Shown here one piece after another: positions 9,143 to 17,776 of a stretch of 48,284 bases of DNA. A model generated the notes under the pieces. The model did no database searches and had not been told where the DNA came from. It saw only the letters and a program-made list of their open reading frames with translations. Made by a program: the position numbers and the translations under genes. Source of the stretch: an uncultured Halobacteriales archaeon (GTDB lineage: Archaea; Halobacteriota; Halobacteria; Halobacteriales; Hikarchaeaceae); assembly GCA_964628745.1 (NCBI GenBank), contig CAZVOR010000002.1, forward strand, positions 1-48,284, written 5' to 3'. The stretch's first letter is position 1. The number at the start of each line of letters is the position of its first letter.

Positions 9143-9148
9143 ATAATA
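9143..9148 (-). promoter_or_regulatory. TATA-like box for the MOSC gene
   Basis: The minus strand reads CGTATTATCC. It is centred about 30 nt upstream of ATG 9116, which is consistent with a leaderless transcript. Confidence 0.4.
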
Positions 9149-9299
9149 CGTTACTGGAAACCGCCGCCGGGGCGGTGGGGTTCCCCCTCGCCCTGGCCGC
9201 GGTCCCGCGCCAGCGTGCCGGGAGACCGGCCGGACTCCCGCCCGACGACCGCGATTCGAGCAGCGCCGTGACCCGGCGAGACCGGACCGACGCCGCCCC

Positions 9300-9983
9300 T
9301 CACTCGAACGGCGACTCCTGCTCCAGGTGCGGCGCCCCGCCGCCCTCGGGGGCGCCACGCGCGGCGAAGTACTCGGGCGTCAGGATCGGCATCCGGCGCT
9401 CCGACCGGATCTTCCGGTCGGTGACCCGGACGATGAGGGAAAAGGAGTCGTCGAAGAAGAAGGGCGTGATGATCCCCCAGCGCAGGTAGATGGACGGCTG
9501 CAGGAGGAACGGGACGACCGGCACCTGGTCGAAGTCCCGGATGTGGACGGCCAGCTCGTACAGCTGGGCGACGTCGGCGCGCTCCTCGCCCCACACCTCG
9601 TAGCTGGTCTCGACGAGGTACTCGTCGACGGCGGCCGCCGGGATCCAGGTCTCCGCCGAGAGCGTCCGTTCGTCCCCGACGGTGGGTTCGTGCATCGAGA
9701 ACGGCCGCTCCTCGCCGTCCTCGACGACGTAGAGCCGGACGGCCTCCGACGGCACCTCCTCCCCCGCCTCGTTCACCCATCGGTAGCCGTAACCTTCCTC
9801 GAGCCGGGAGCCGGTCCGTTTGTCGTAGAGCTCGCGCGTGACCGCCGACCCCGTCCGCTCGTCCCGCCTGACGACCTCCGGCTCGTCGGCGACGGGCTCG
9901 GGGGTGAGCTTCGCCGTCCGGACGTCGGCGTTGATGGCGAGGTCCTGGTGCCTGAGTCGGAGCCGGCTCTTGCGGTAGGCCAT
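9300..9983 (-). CDS. Hypothetical 227-aa acidic protein with by-eye resemblance to the prokaryotic Ku core. The gene call is solid but the function is tentative.
   Basis: This is the C-terminal part of track ORF 9300..10772, and only this part has an acidic, non-repetitive sequence. ATG 9983 (MAYRKSRLRLRHQDLAINADVRTAK...) is preceded by a strong TATA box about 32 nt upstream. The segment ERTLSAETWIPAAAVDEYLVETSYEVWGE resembles the Ku signature I.I..FVP...ID..YFD.SYYL.P. See the findings. Confidence 0.6.
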   Translation of the reverse strand: MAYRKSRLRLRHQDLAINADVRTAKLTPEPVADEPEVVRRDERTGSAVTRELYDKRTGSRLEEGYGYRWVNEAGEEVPSEAVRLYVVEDGEERPFSMHEPTVGDERTLSAETWIPAAAVDEYLVETSYEVWGEERADVAQLYELAVHIRDFDQVPVVPFLLQPSIYLRWGIITPFFFDDSFSLIVRVTDRKIRSERRMPILTPEYFAARGAPEGGGAPHLEQESPFE

Positions 9984-10008
9984 CGGTTTCGGGCGGGTGC
10001 CGAGCGCC

Positions 10009-10019
10009 TTAATTATAAA
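10009..10019 (-). promoter_or_regulatory. TATA box (minus strand GTTTATAATTAAGG) for the Ku-like gene
   Basis: This is the strongest AT-rich element in the region. It is centred about 32 nt upstream of ATG 9983, which predicts a leaderless mRNA. Confidence 0.5.
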
Positions 10020-10102
10020 CCCGCTACCCCGCATCGAGGCGCGGTAACGGCCGCCTGCCCGCGCGAGGCACTCCGCGGCTCCGGCTCGCGGGCGCTCGGC
10101 AC

Positions 10103-10894
10103 TCAACGTCGGCCGCCGGCCCGCCCGGTGACGGCCAGCCAGTCGCGGAGGAACCCGACGAGGAACGGGACCATCGCGACGGTCGCGACGAGCGTCGACA
10201 GCGGGGGACGGACGACGAAGAGCAGCGCGGCGCTCACGACCACCATTTGCGCGGCCGCGAGGACCCGACGGGCCCGCGAGGGCGGGAGCGGCCGGACCGG
10301 CCGGTCGCGCCGGCGGCGGACCCACAGCCCGCCCGCGAACACGTAGCGGGCGGCCCCCACCGCCAGGTACGGGACGGGGAGCTGGCCGTACCGCACCGCG
10401 AGCAGCGGCGCCACGAGCAGCCCCAGCGCGTCGAACTCCAGGTCGAGCGTCTCGCCGAGGTCGGTGGCGTCGCCGCTGCGGCGGGCGAGCTGGCCGTCGA
10501 GGAAGTCCAGCAGGACCGACAGCGCGTAGAGTGCGCCCGGGAGCCGCGCGAGCCCGCCGGACGGCGGCGGGACGAGGAGGAAGCCCGCCAGCAGGGCGAC
10601 CAGCACGCCCCGGCCTACGGTGAGTGCGTCCCCGGCGCCGAGGCGCGCCCGCGCTGGCTGACCCTCCCCGGCGCGTTCGGCCGCGAGCCCGCGCCAGACC
10701 AGCCACAGCTCGTAGCCGAGGACGGCGACGACGGGGCCCGCCCACCGCGTCGCGTCGGCCGTCGACCACCACCGGTCGACCGTCACGTAGCCGGCGGCCG
10801 CGGCGGCCACGGCGACCAGCACGACCGGGACGAACGGGCCGCGGAACCGGCGGACCGTCGGGCCGAACCCGAGGCCGTCGGTCACGGCGGCCAC
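10103..10894 (-). CDS. CDP-alcohol phosphatidyltransferase family protein (archaeal polar-lipid headgroup synthase type)
   Basis: Track ORF 10103..11014, trimmed to GTG 10894 (VAAVTDGLGF...; GTG 10885 is also possible) so that it does not overlap the upstream gene ending at 10911. The signature is DFLDGQLARRSGDATDLGETLDLEFDALG (DG..AR...G...D...D). The protein is multi-TM. Confidence 0.85.
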   Translation of the reverse strand: MAAVTDGLGFGPTVRRFRGPFVPVVLVAVAAAAAGYVTVDRWWSTADATRWAGPVVAVLGYELWLVWRGLAAERAGEGQPARARLGAGDALTVGRGVLVALLAGFLLVPPPSGGLARLPGALYALSVLLDFLDGQLARRSGDATDLGETLDLEFDALGLLVAPLLAVRYGQLPVPYLAVGAARYVFAGGLWVRRRRDRPVRPLPPSRARRVLAAAQMVVVSAALLFVVRPPLSTLVATVAMVPFLVGFLRDWLAVTGRAGGRR

Positions 10895-10910
10895 CCGCCG
10901 CGGCCGGCGG

Positions 10911-11465
10911 TCAGTCCACGAACCGCTCGACGTACGGCGGCAGCCGCTTCCTGACGAGGGCGTAGCCGAGCGCGAGCGCGAGGCCGGCCGCGGTGACGGC
11001 CCGCACGACGCCATCGAACCAGACCAGCCCGGGCAGGGAGAACACCGCCGTCAGCAGCAGGTCCTCGGGCGCGCCGTCGTACCTGACGACCCGGCGGGCG
11101 CGGAGCCAGCGACCGGTCGCGTGGAGGTAGACGGCGCGGTCGGACGTCCGTTCCCACGGCCTGAGCTCGTGTCCCGCGCCGAGCACGTCCACCGAGGAGT
11201 GCAGCGCCGCCGAGAGCAGGAAGAACGCCGGGGCCACCGACGCCGGCCCGGAGAACACCGCCGCGATCCCCAGCGCGGGAGTCGCGACCAGCCAGTAGTA
11301 GAGCGGATAGTGGAGCGTCCGCCGGTGGTCGCCGACGAACAGATCGAGGTCCGGGAAGAGCCCGCCCGCGACGGCCGCGAGCGCGGCCGGGGTCGCGAGC
11401 TCCGGGGCGAGCCACAGCAGCGTCGACGCGACGGTCAGGCCGACCGCGGCGTGCGTCGTCCCCAT
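10911..11465 (-). CDS. Membrane-bound metal-dependent hydrolase (YdjM/DUF457-like)
   Basis: The track ORF begins with TTG at 11483, but I prefer ATG 11465 (MGTTHAAVGLTVA...). It has an N-terminal TH motif, FPDLD, HRRTLHYPLYY and LHSSVDVLG His/Asp clusters, and several TM helices. It lies 16 nt upstream of the CDP-alcohol transferase gene, so the two are probably an operon. Confidence 0.7.
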   Translation of the reverse strand: MGTTHAAVGLTVASTLLWLAPELATPAALAAVAGGLFPDLDLFVGDHRRTLHYPLYYWLVATPALGIAAVFSGPASVAPAFFLLSAALHSSVDVLGAGHELRPWERTSDRAVYLHATGRWLRARRVVRYDGAPEDLLLTAVFSLPGLVWFDGVVRAVTAAGLALALGYALVRKRLPPYVERFVD

Positions 11466-11706
11466 CACGGCGGCGACCCCCAACCGCTCCGTGCCGCGGC
11501 CGTCCGACGTTCGACGGCGGCCCCGGGAACGGGTCGATGGCGCCGGTCATGGGCGGTCACGGAGAGCGGGAGGCGTCCGACCGGACGCGGGGTCCCCCCG
11601 ATCGGTCGGCTCCCCGCCGGCGGACCGGCGGATGCCGGGCGCGGCGGGCGTCGGTTCTGACCGCGTCGAACGGTGGCCGAACCATGGTCGCCTCGGGCCG
11701 CCCGGG

Positions 11707-12090
11707 TCATCCCTCCCGGCGGTAGAAGACGACCAGCGTCGCCACGAGGAGGGCCTGGACGACCTTGTCGACGACGCCGACCGCGTAGACGCCACCGTCG
11801 GCCAGGAACACCACGTTCGGCCAGTTGAAGGCGACGTAGAGGACGATCTGCAGCGCGGTGTAGGGGATGCCGAGCAGGTACAGCAGTCGCCGCCGGTAGC
11901 CGCGCAGGAACAGGACGATGCCGACGACGAAGCCCGCGCCGGCGAGCAGGAAGCTGACGCCCGTCGGCGTGCCGATGTCGGAGACGCCGAGCGCGAGGTG
12001 GACGAGGCCCGTCACGGCCGCCAGCACGACCGCGACCCAGTGCAGCGGCGTCAGCGCGCCGGCGTCCACCGCCGACCTCCCGGCAGCCAT
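11707..12090 (-). CDS. Small integral membrane protein (4 predicted TM), unknown function
   Basis: 127-aa ORF with clear hydrophobic segments (HWVAVVLAAVTGLVHLAL, VSFLLAGAGFVVGIVLFL, etc.). A TTAA box at 12115-12118 lies about 26 nt upstream of ATG 12090. Confidence 0.65.
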   Translation of the reverse strand: MAAGRSAVDAGALTPLHWVAVVLAAVTGLVHLALGVSDIGTPTGVSFLLAGAGFVVGIVLFLRGYRRRLLYLLGIPYTALQIVLYVAFNWPNVVFLADGGVYAVGVVDKVVQALLVATLVVFYRREG

Positions 12091-12215
12091 GGGCCGTCAT
12101 TCGTTCCTCGCCAGTTAAGCGTTGCCGCAGCTGACAGGAACGCCCCGGGCGGGCCGCCCCGACGAGGCACCGTCGGCGCCGATCACGTCCTGGCCGGCGC
12201 GCGGGCAGCGTGCGG

Positions 12216-12220
12216 TATAA
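12216..12220 (+). promoter_or_regulatory. TATA-like box (GGTATAAGG) for the methyltransferase gene
   Basis: It lies 27-31 nt upstream of ATG 12247. Confidence 0.4.
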
Positions 12221-12246
12221 GGCCGGCGGCGGCGGAGCGGGGACAC

Positions 12247-12918
12247 ATGTGGCGGCCGGACCTCCAGTCGGCGGCCTTCTACGACCGGACCGCCCGGGTT
12301 TCGCCCTGGCTCGACCGGGCGACGGCGCTCGTCGACGGCGTCGACCCGGCGGTCGAACGCCGGCGGCTGCTCGACCGGCTCGGGGTCGAGGCGGACCACC
12401 GCGTGCTGGAGGTCGCGGTCGGGACGGGCGCGAACGGGCGGTTCGTCGACGAACGGCTCGGCCCGCGTGGCGCGTTCGTCGGCGCCGACGTCTCGCGGGC
12501 CGCGCTCCGCCGGTGCCGGCGGCGGCTGCAGCCGCTCGCGTGCCGGAGCTGTCCGGTCGAGGCCGGCGCCGCACGCCTGCCGTTCCGGGCCGACAGCTTC
12601 GACGCGGTGTTCCACTTCGGCGGGATCAACGCCTTCGCGGACCGGGCGGGGACGATAGCCGAGATGGTCCGGGTCGCCAGGCCGGGGTCGACGGTGGTCG
12701 TAAGCGACAAGAGCCTGCCGCCGGACCGGCCGCGGTCGCTCCGCCAGCGCGTCCTGCTGCGGCTGAAGCCGGAGCTCGCCCGCCCGCCGCCGGTCGACCT
12801 CGTGCCGGTTCCCCGCGAAGCGGTCGACCTGTCCTGGTACTGGGGCGGCGCGGCCTACCTGCTGTCGTTCGCGGCGCCCGAGCGGGCCGGCCCCGGCGCG
12901 GCGACCGCGGACGGGTGA
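12247..12918 (+). CDS. Class I SAM-dependent methyltransferase
   Basis: Internal ATG of track ORF 11491..12918 (MWRPDLQSAAFYDR...). Motif I is VLEVAVGTGAN. The post-I acidic residue is in GADVS. The segment FDAVFHFGGINAFADRAGTIAEMVRVARPGSTVVVSD is typical of the Methyltransf_11/25 fold. Confidence 0.8.
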   Translation: MWRPDLQSAAFYDRTARVSPWLDRATALVDGVDPAVERRRLLDRLGVEADHRVLEVAVGTGANGRFVDERLGPRGAFVGADVSRAALRRCRRRLQPLACRSCPVEAGAARLPFRADSFDAVFHFGGINAFADRAGTIAEMVRVARPGSTVVVSDKSLPPDRPRSLRQRVLLRLKPELARPPPVDLVPVPREAVDLSWYWGGAAYLLSFAAPERAGPGAATADG

Positions 12919-12988
12919 GCGGCCGCTCGCCCGCCACGGCTTGCGGATTCACGGGAACCGACTTGTGGCCGAACCCGCTAGCCCGTCC

Positions 12989-14785
12989 ATGGGAGACGGC
13001 CGCTCCCGGGCCGGACAGCGGGACGAGTACGTCGCCGTCATCGACCAAGACCGGGTCACCGACGAGGTCAGGAACCTCGCCCTGAAGTACGACCCGCTGA
13101 ACCGGGCCGGACGGCGCGAGGGCTTCCACGTGACCGAGGACGGGGAGCTGCACATCGACGACGCGGCGGTCATCGAGGCGCACAAGGTCGTCGCCAACCA
13201 GGTTCCGAACGACGCGATCCGGATCGTCCGGCTCCCCGCCGAACGTGGCGAGCTCGTCCACCAGTACGGCGAGAACGGGTTCCGGCTGTACGAGCTCCCC
13301 GCCCCCGTCGAGGGTCGCGTCGTCGGGCTCCTCGGGCCGAACGGCATCGGGAAGTCGACCGCCCTCCGCATCCTCGGCGGGCTGCTGGAGCCGAACCTCG
13401 GGCGAATCGGCGAGCCGCCGGGCTGGGACGCCGTCGTCCGCGAGTTCCGCGGGACCGCCGTCCAGAACTACCTCGAGAAGCTGCGCGACGGCGCGGTGCA
13501 GACGGCGTACAAACCACAGCGGGTCGACCGGCTCGCGGACCGCTACGACGGGACCGTCCGGGAGCTGCTGGCCCAGCGGGACGAACGGGACCGGCGCGAG
13601 GAGGCCATCGAACAGCTCGACCTCGGCACCGTCGCGGACCGGCGCCTCGAGTCCCTCTCGGGGGGCGAGCTCCAGCGCGCCGCGGTCGGCGCGACGCTCG
13701 TCGCGGACGTCGACGCGTACCTGCTGGACGAGCCCTCGTCGTACCTCGACGTCGGCCAGCGGTTGACCGTCGCCCGCGCGCTCGACCGGCTGGCGGCCGG
13801 CCGGGAGGTGCTGGTCGTCGACCACGACCTCGTCGCCCTCGACGTCGTGGCGGACGACGTCCACGTCTTCTACGGCACCGCCGGCGGGTTCGGAGTGGTC
13901 TCCCGGCCGCTCTCCGCCCGGCGGGGCATCAACCAGTTCCTGGAGGGGACGCTGCGGGCCGAGAACGTCAGGATCCGGGAGACGGCCGTCGACTTCAAGC
14001 GACGGCACGGGCGGCGGGGACCCGACGGGCGCGCGGTCCTCGGGTTCCCCGCGCTTTCGAAGACGTTCGATTCGTTCTCGCTCGAGGTGGAGCCGGGGAC
14101 GGTCCACGAGGAGGAGGTGCTCGGCATCCTCGGCCGGAACGGCCTCGGCAAGACGACGTTCGCGAAGCTGCTGGCGGGCGCCCTCGAGCCGGACGAAGGC
14201 GAGGTCACGGCGGACGTGAGCGTCTCGTACAAACCGCAGTACCTCGATCCGTCGTTCGACGGCACCGTGCGGCAGCTGTTCGCGGGTCGGGTCGACGGCG
14301 AGGCGCGGGAACCCGACTCGGACATCGAGGGACGCCTCGACCTCGAACCCCTGTACGACGAGACGGTCGACACGCTCTCGGGCGGCGAGCTCCAGCGCGT
14401 CAGCGTCGCGCTCGCGCTCGCCAGGGACGCCGACGTCTACCTGCTCGACGAGCCGTCGGCGTATCTCGACGTCGAGCAGCGCGCCTCGTTCGCGACAGCC
14501 CTCCGCCGGTTCGTCGAGCGGACCGGGGCCCCGTGCCTCGTGGTCGAGCACGACGTGCTGCTGCTGGAGTACGTCGCCGACCGGGCGATGGTGTTCGAGG
14601 GCGAGCCGGGCGAACGCGGCGTCGGTCGGTCGCCCGAAGCCGTCCGCTCGGGGATAAACCGGCTCCTCGCGTCCGTCGGGGTGACCTTCCGGCGGGACCC
14701 CGACACGGGTCGACCCCGGGCGAACAAGCCGGGCAGCCGGAAGGACCGCGAGCAGCGGGCGTCGGGCGACTACTACGCGGTGTAG
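12989..14785 (+). CDS. ABCE1/RLI-type twin-ATPase (ribosome recycling factor homologue) with a cysteine-free N-terminal ferredoxin-like domain
   Basis: The track ORF begins with TTG at 12941, but I prefer ATG 12989. There are two ABC cassettes, with Walker A motifs GPNGIGKST and GRNGLGKTT, signature motifs LSGGELQR (twice), and Walker B motifs YLLDEPSSYLD and YLLDEPSAYLD. The N-terminal ~75 aa align to the 2x[4Fe-4S] domain (..IDQDRV..LKYDP...IRIVRLP) but contain no Cys. Confidence 0.92.
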   Translation: MGDGRSRAGQRDEYVAVIDQDRVTDEVRNLALKYDPLNRAGRREGFHVTEDGELHIDDAAVIEAHKVVANQVPNDAIRIVRLPAERGELVHQYGENGFRLYELPAPVEGRVVGLLGPNGIGKSTALRILGGLLEPNLGRIGEPPGWDAVVREFRGTAVQNYLEKLRDGAVQTAYKPQRVDRLADRYDGTVRELLAQRDERDRREEAIEQLDLGTVADRRLESLSGGELQRAAVGATLVADVDAYLLDEPSSYLDVGQRLTVARALDRLAAGREVLVVDHDLVALDVVADDVHVFYGTAGGFGVVSRPLSARRGINQFLEGTLRAENVRIRETAVDFKRRHGRRGPDGRAVLGFPALSKTFDSFSLEVEPGTVHEEEVLGILGRNGLGKTTFAKLLAGALEPDEGEVTADVSVSYKPQYLDPSFDGTVRQLFAGRVDGEAREPDSDIEGRLDLEPLYDETVDTLSGGELQRVSVALALARDADVYLLDEPSAYLDVEQRASFATALRRFVERTGAPCLVVEHDVLLLEYVADRAMVFEGEPGERGVGRSPEAVRSGINRLLASVGVTFRRDPDTGRPRANKPGSRKDREQRASGDYYAV

Positions 14786-14801
14786 CGCGTCGGCAGCCCG
14801 G

Positions 14802-15272
14802 TCACTCCACGAGTCGCCCGTGCTCGTCGATCTCGCCCTCGACGATGCGCGTCGACGAGATGGGGTCGCCGTCCTCGGCGTACTCGTACGGGACCACGAC
14901 GGGGTCGAGCGGTTCCATGCCCCGCTCGCCACGGCGTCGATTGATCTCGGCCACCTCCTCGTCCGTCTCCGGCGAGACGACCAGGGCGTCCAGCGAGGGG
15001 TCGTCGTCCGCGAATCCGTGCTCGCTGTCGATCGTCCGGATCTCGACCTCGCGGCCCCACTCGTCGAGCGCGTCGAGCGTCCGCGCCACCTGCCGACGCC
15101 GCCGCTCGTACGGGGGGATCGGCCGGGGGTCCGGCTGCCGCGTCTCTCTCGCGAACTCGTCGCTGCTGAGCCCGACGACCACGCCCTCGTCCCCGCGCTC
15201 GAGCGCCGCCTCGAACAGCGCCCGATGCCCGTCGTGGATGGGGCCGAACGTCCCGGCGATGGCGACGCGCAT
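14802..15272 (-). CDS. coaD: Phosphopantetheine adenylyltransferase, archaeal type (cytidylyltransferase family)
   Basis: MRVAIAGTFGPIHDGHRALF carries the nucleotidyltransferase (H/T)xGH motif. The ISSTRI motif lies near the C-terminus. The protein is 156 aa. Confidence 0.88.
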   Translation of the reverse strand: MRVAIAGTFGPIHDGHRALFEAALERGDEGVVVGLSSDEFARETRQPDPRPIPPYERRRRQVARTLDALDEWGREVEIRTIDSEHGFADDDPSLDALVVSPETDEEVAEINRRRGERGMEPLDPVVVPYEYAEDGDPISSTRIVEGEIDEHGRLVE

Positions 15273-15337
15273 GCCGGTGGTTCATCGGCGAGGGGTTTAG
15301 GTTCCAGCCTGACGCCAGGCGTCCGCCGACGGGCGGC

Positions 15338-15342
15338 TTATA
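15338..15342 (+). promoter_or_regulatory. TATA-like box (GCTTATAGC) for the PfkB kinase gene
   Basis: It lies 24-28 nt upstream of ATG 15366. Confidence 0.4.
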
Positions 15343-15365
15343 GCGTTGTCGGCCGACGGATCGGT

Positions 15366-16385
15366 ATGGGAGAGTCACCGCTCGCGGCCCGGCTCGAACG
15401 CGACGAGGCGAGCCTGACCGTCGCCGCGTTCCCCGACGGGAGCGTCGACACGTTCTACGCCGTCTCCGCCGGCGAGCGCGTCCCTACCCGCGAGGCGTTC
15501 GGCCGCGCGGTCGCGGCGGGCGGGACCGGGGTCGTCACGCTCCACCGGGACGCGACCGAACCGGGGGGCCACGCGGTCAACGTCGCCGCGCAGGCTCACC
15601 GGCTGGGAGACGACGTGACGCTCGCCGGCCACCTCGACGCCCCGGCGTTCGCCGACCTCCCGTTCGAGACCGTCTCGATGGGCGAGCCGGCGTCGGTGGC
15701 CGTCCTCGAGTTCGACGACGGCGATCTACTCGCCGTCGAGAACTCGGCCGCGCTCGAGGCGTGGACGCTCGCCGACCTCGAAGGCGCGCTGGGCGGCGCG
15801 GGCGAGCTCGAGGCCTTCCTCGCGGCCGACGCGGTCTGCTGTGTCAACTGGACCTCGATAGCGGGGCTGCCGGGCGCCCTGGCGTCGCTGGCGTCGGTCG
15901 ACGCCGAGGGCGGCTGGCTCGTCGTCGACCCCGGCGCCCCCGTCGGCCGCTCCGGGGACGACGTCGTCGAGCTGCTGGACGCGCTGGGCGGATGGACGGC
16001 CGGGTATCGCGTCGTCCTCGCCGGCAACCCGCGCGAGCTGGAGGCGATGGCGGCCGGCATCGGCGGGCCGACCGACGACGTCGACGCGGCACTCGGCGCG
16101 CTCCGCCGTCGGGCGGGGGTGGCCGCCGTCGTCGTCCACGGCGAGTCGCGCGCCGCGGCCGCGACCGCCGACGGGCTCGTGACCGACGAGAACTTCGAGG
16201 TCGAGGCGACCAGACACACCGGCGGCGGCGACCGGTTCGACGCGGGGCTGGCGCACGCGCTCGCCCGGGGCTGGGGCTTCGCCGACGCGCTCCGGCTGGG
16301 CAACGCCGCGGCGTCGTGGTACGTGGCGAACGGCGAATCGGGAACCCCCGGGGAGCTGGCCGGCTTGCTCCGGGACCGGAGGTGA
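15366..16385 (+). CDS. PfkB/ribokinase-family carbohydrate (or nucleoside) kinase
   Basis: Internal ATG of track ORF 14820..16385 (MGESPLAARLERDE...). The C-terminal anion-hole/catalytic motif is TGGGDRFDAGLAHAL, followed by LGNAAASWYV. Confidence 0.8.
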   Translation: MGESPLAARLERDEASLTVAAFPDGSVDTFYAVSAGERVPTREAFGRAVAAGGTGVVTLHRDATEPGGHAVNVAAQAHRLGDDVTLAGHLDAPAFADLPFETVSMGEPASVAVLEFDDGDLLAVENSAALEAWTLADLEGALGGAGELEAFLAADAVCCVNWTSIAGLPGALASLASVDAEGGWLVVDPGAPVGRSGDDVVELLDALGGWTAGYRVVLAGNPRELEAMAAGIGGPTDDVDAALGALRRRAGVAAVVVHGESRAAAATADGLVTDENFEVEATRHTGGGDRFDAGLAHALARGWGFADALRLGNAAASWYVANGESGTPGELAGLLRDRR

Positions 16386-16500
16386 GCCGGTCGCGTCCGC
16401 GGGCCGCCGGGAGAAGCCGGTCGCTCGGGTCGGTCGACCGGGGATGGTCGATCCGTCGGTTAGCCGGAGATGGTCGGACGGGGGAGGTCTTCCGGACGAA

Positions 16501-17481
16501 TCAGGCGACCGCGGCCCGCTCCTCGGCGTCGAGCAGCTCCTGGTACCGGTTCCGAATGGTGACCTCGCTGATGTCCGCGACCTCGCTGACCTCGCTCTGG
16601 GTGACCTTCTCGTTGGTCAGCAGGGCCGCAGCGTAGACGGCCGCGGCGGCCAGCCCGACGGGGCTCTTGCCCACGTGGACGGTCGCGCGTTCGCCGGTCG
16701 CGAGCAGCTCGCGGGCGCGGCGCTCGGTCTCGGCCGACAGGTCGAGCGCCGACGCGAACCGGCCGACGTAGCTCTTCGGGTCGGCGGGTTCGATCTCGAG
16801 CCCGAGCTCGCGGACCAGGTAGCGGTACGTCCGCTTGAACTCCATGTCGTCGATCCGGCTCACGTTCACGACCTCGTCGATGCTGCGGGGCGTGCCGGCC
16901 TGGCGCGCCGCCGCGTAGACGGCCGCCGAGGCGACCCCCTCGATGGACCGGCCGGGAAGCAGGTCGTCCTCGAGGGCCCGGCGGTAGATGACCGAGGCGG
17001 TCTCGCGGACGGTCTTCGACAGGCCGAGGGCGCTGCCCATGCGCTCGATCTCGCCGAGCGCCTGCTTCAGGTTCCGCTCCTGGTGGTCGCGCGTGCGGAA
17101 CCGCTCGTCCCAGGTGCGCAGCCGCTGCATCTTCTCGCGCTGGCGGGGCGACAGCGTCCGACCGGAGGCGTCGCGGTCCTGCCAGTCGATGACGCTCGAC
17201 AGCCCCTTGTCGTGCATCAGCTTCGTCGTCGGGGCGCCGACGCGGCTCTTCTCGTCCTTCTCCTGCGGGTTGAAGGCGCGCCACTCGGGGCCGCGGTCGA
17301 CCTCGTCCTCGGCGACGACGAGGCCACACTCGTCGCAGACGGTCTCGCCGCGCCGCTCGTCGGCGACGAGCGAGCCGCCGCACTCGGGGCACGTGCGCTC
17401 CGCTCGTTCGGCCTCGCTTTGCGTTTCCGGACTCGTCGTCCGGGTCTGTTCGTCGGTGGGTCGGATACGTGCTTCTGCCAT
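16501..17481 (-). CDS. tfb: Transcription initiation factor IIB (TFB)
   Basis: ATG 17481 (MAEARIRPTDEQ...). The N-terminal zinc ribbon is CPECGGSLVADERRGETVCDECG. The B-finger/linker is GPEWRAF. Two cyclin-fold repeats follow. A TATTTAA element at 17590-17596 is a possible distal TATA. Confidence 0.95.
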   Translation of the reverse strand: MAEARIRPTDEQTRTTSPETQSEAERAERTCPECGGSLVADERRGETVCDECGLVVAEDEVDRGPEWRAFNPQEKDEKSRVGAPTTKLMHDKGLSSVIDWQDRDASGRTLSPRQREKMQRLRTWDERFRTRDHQERNLKQALGEIERMGSALGLSKTVRETASVIYRRALEDDLLPGRSIEGVASAAVYAAARQAGTPRSIDEVVNVSRIDDMEFKRTYRYLVRELGLEIEPADPKSYVGRFASALDLSAETERRARELLATGERATVHVGKSPVGLAAAAVYAAALLTNEKVTQSEVSEVADISEVTIRNRYQELLDAEERAAVA

Positions 17482-17776
17482 GGTTGAATCACCGCGATGG
17501 AGGGCGGGGGCGCTGGCGGGGACTGCCGGAGTGGAAAGCTCGAAGAAGCCCACCCGCCGCCGTTCCTAACCTCCGGTAATGGCCGAACGTATTTAAGTGC
17601 TTCGGGGGACGCGCGGCGGTTCGACCCGCAGCCCTCGGGCGATATTCGCGCCGGGAGGACCCGGCCGAGCGGTGGCAGGGGCGAAGCGCCGCCGCATCGA
17701 GCCTCGGGGTTCCGCGGACGGCGGGGGCCCCACTACCGGATGCGCCCGAGGTCGGTCGTCGGTCCCCCGGCGGCCG

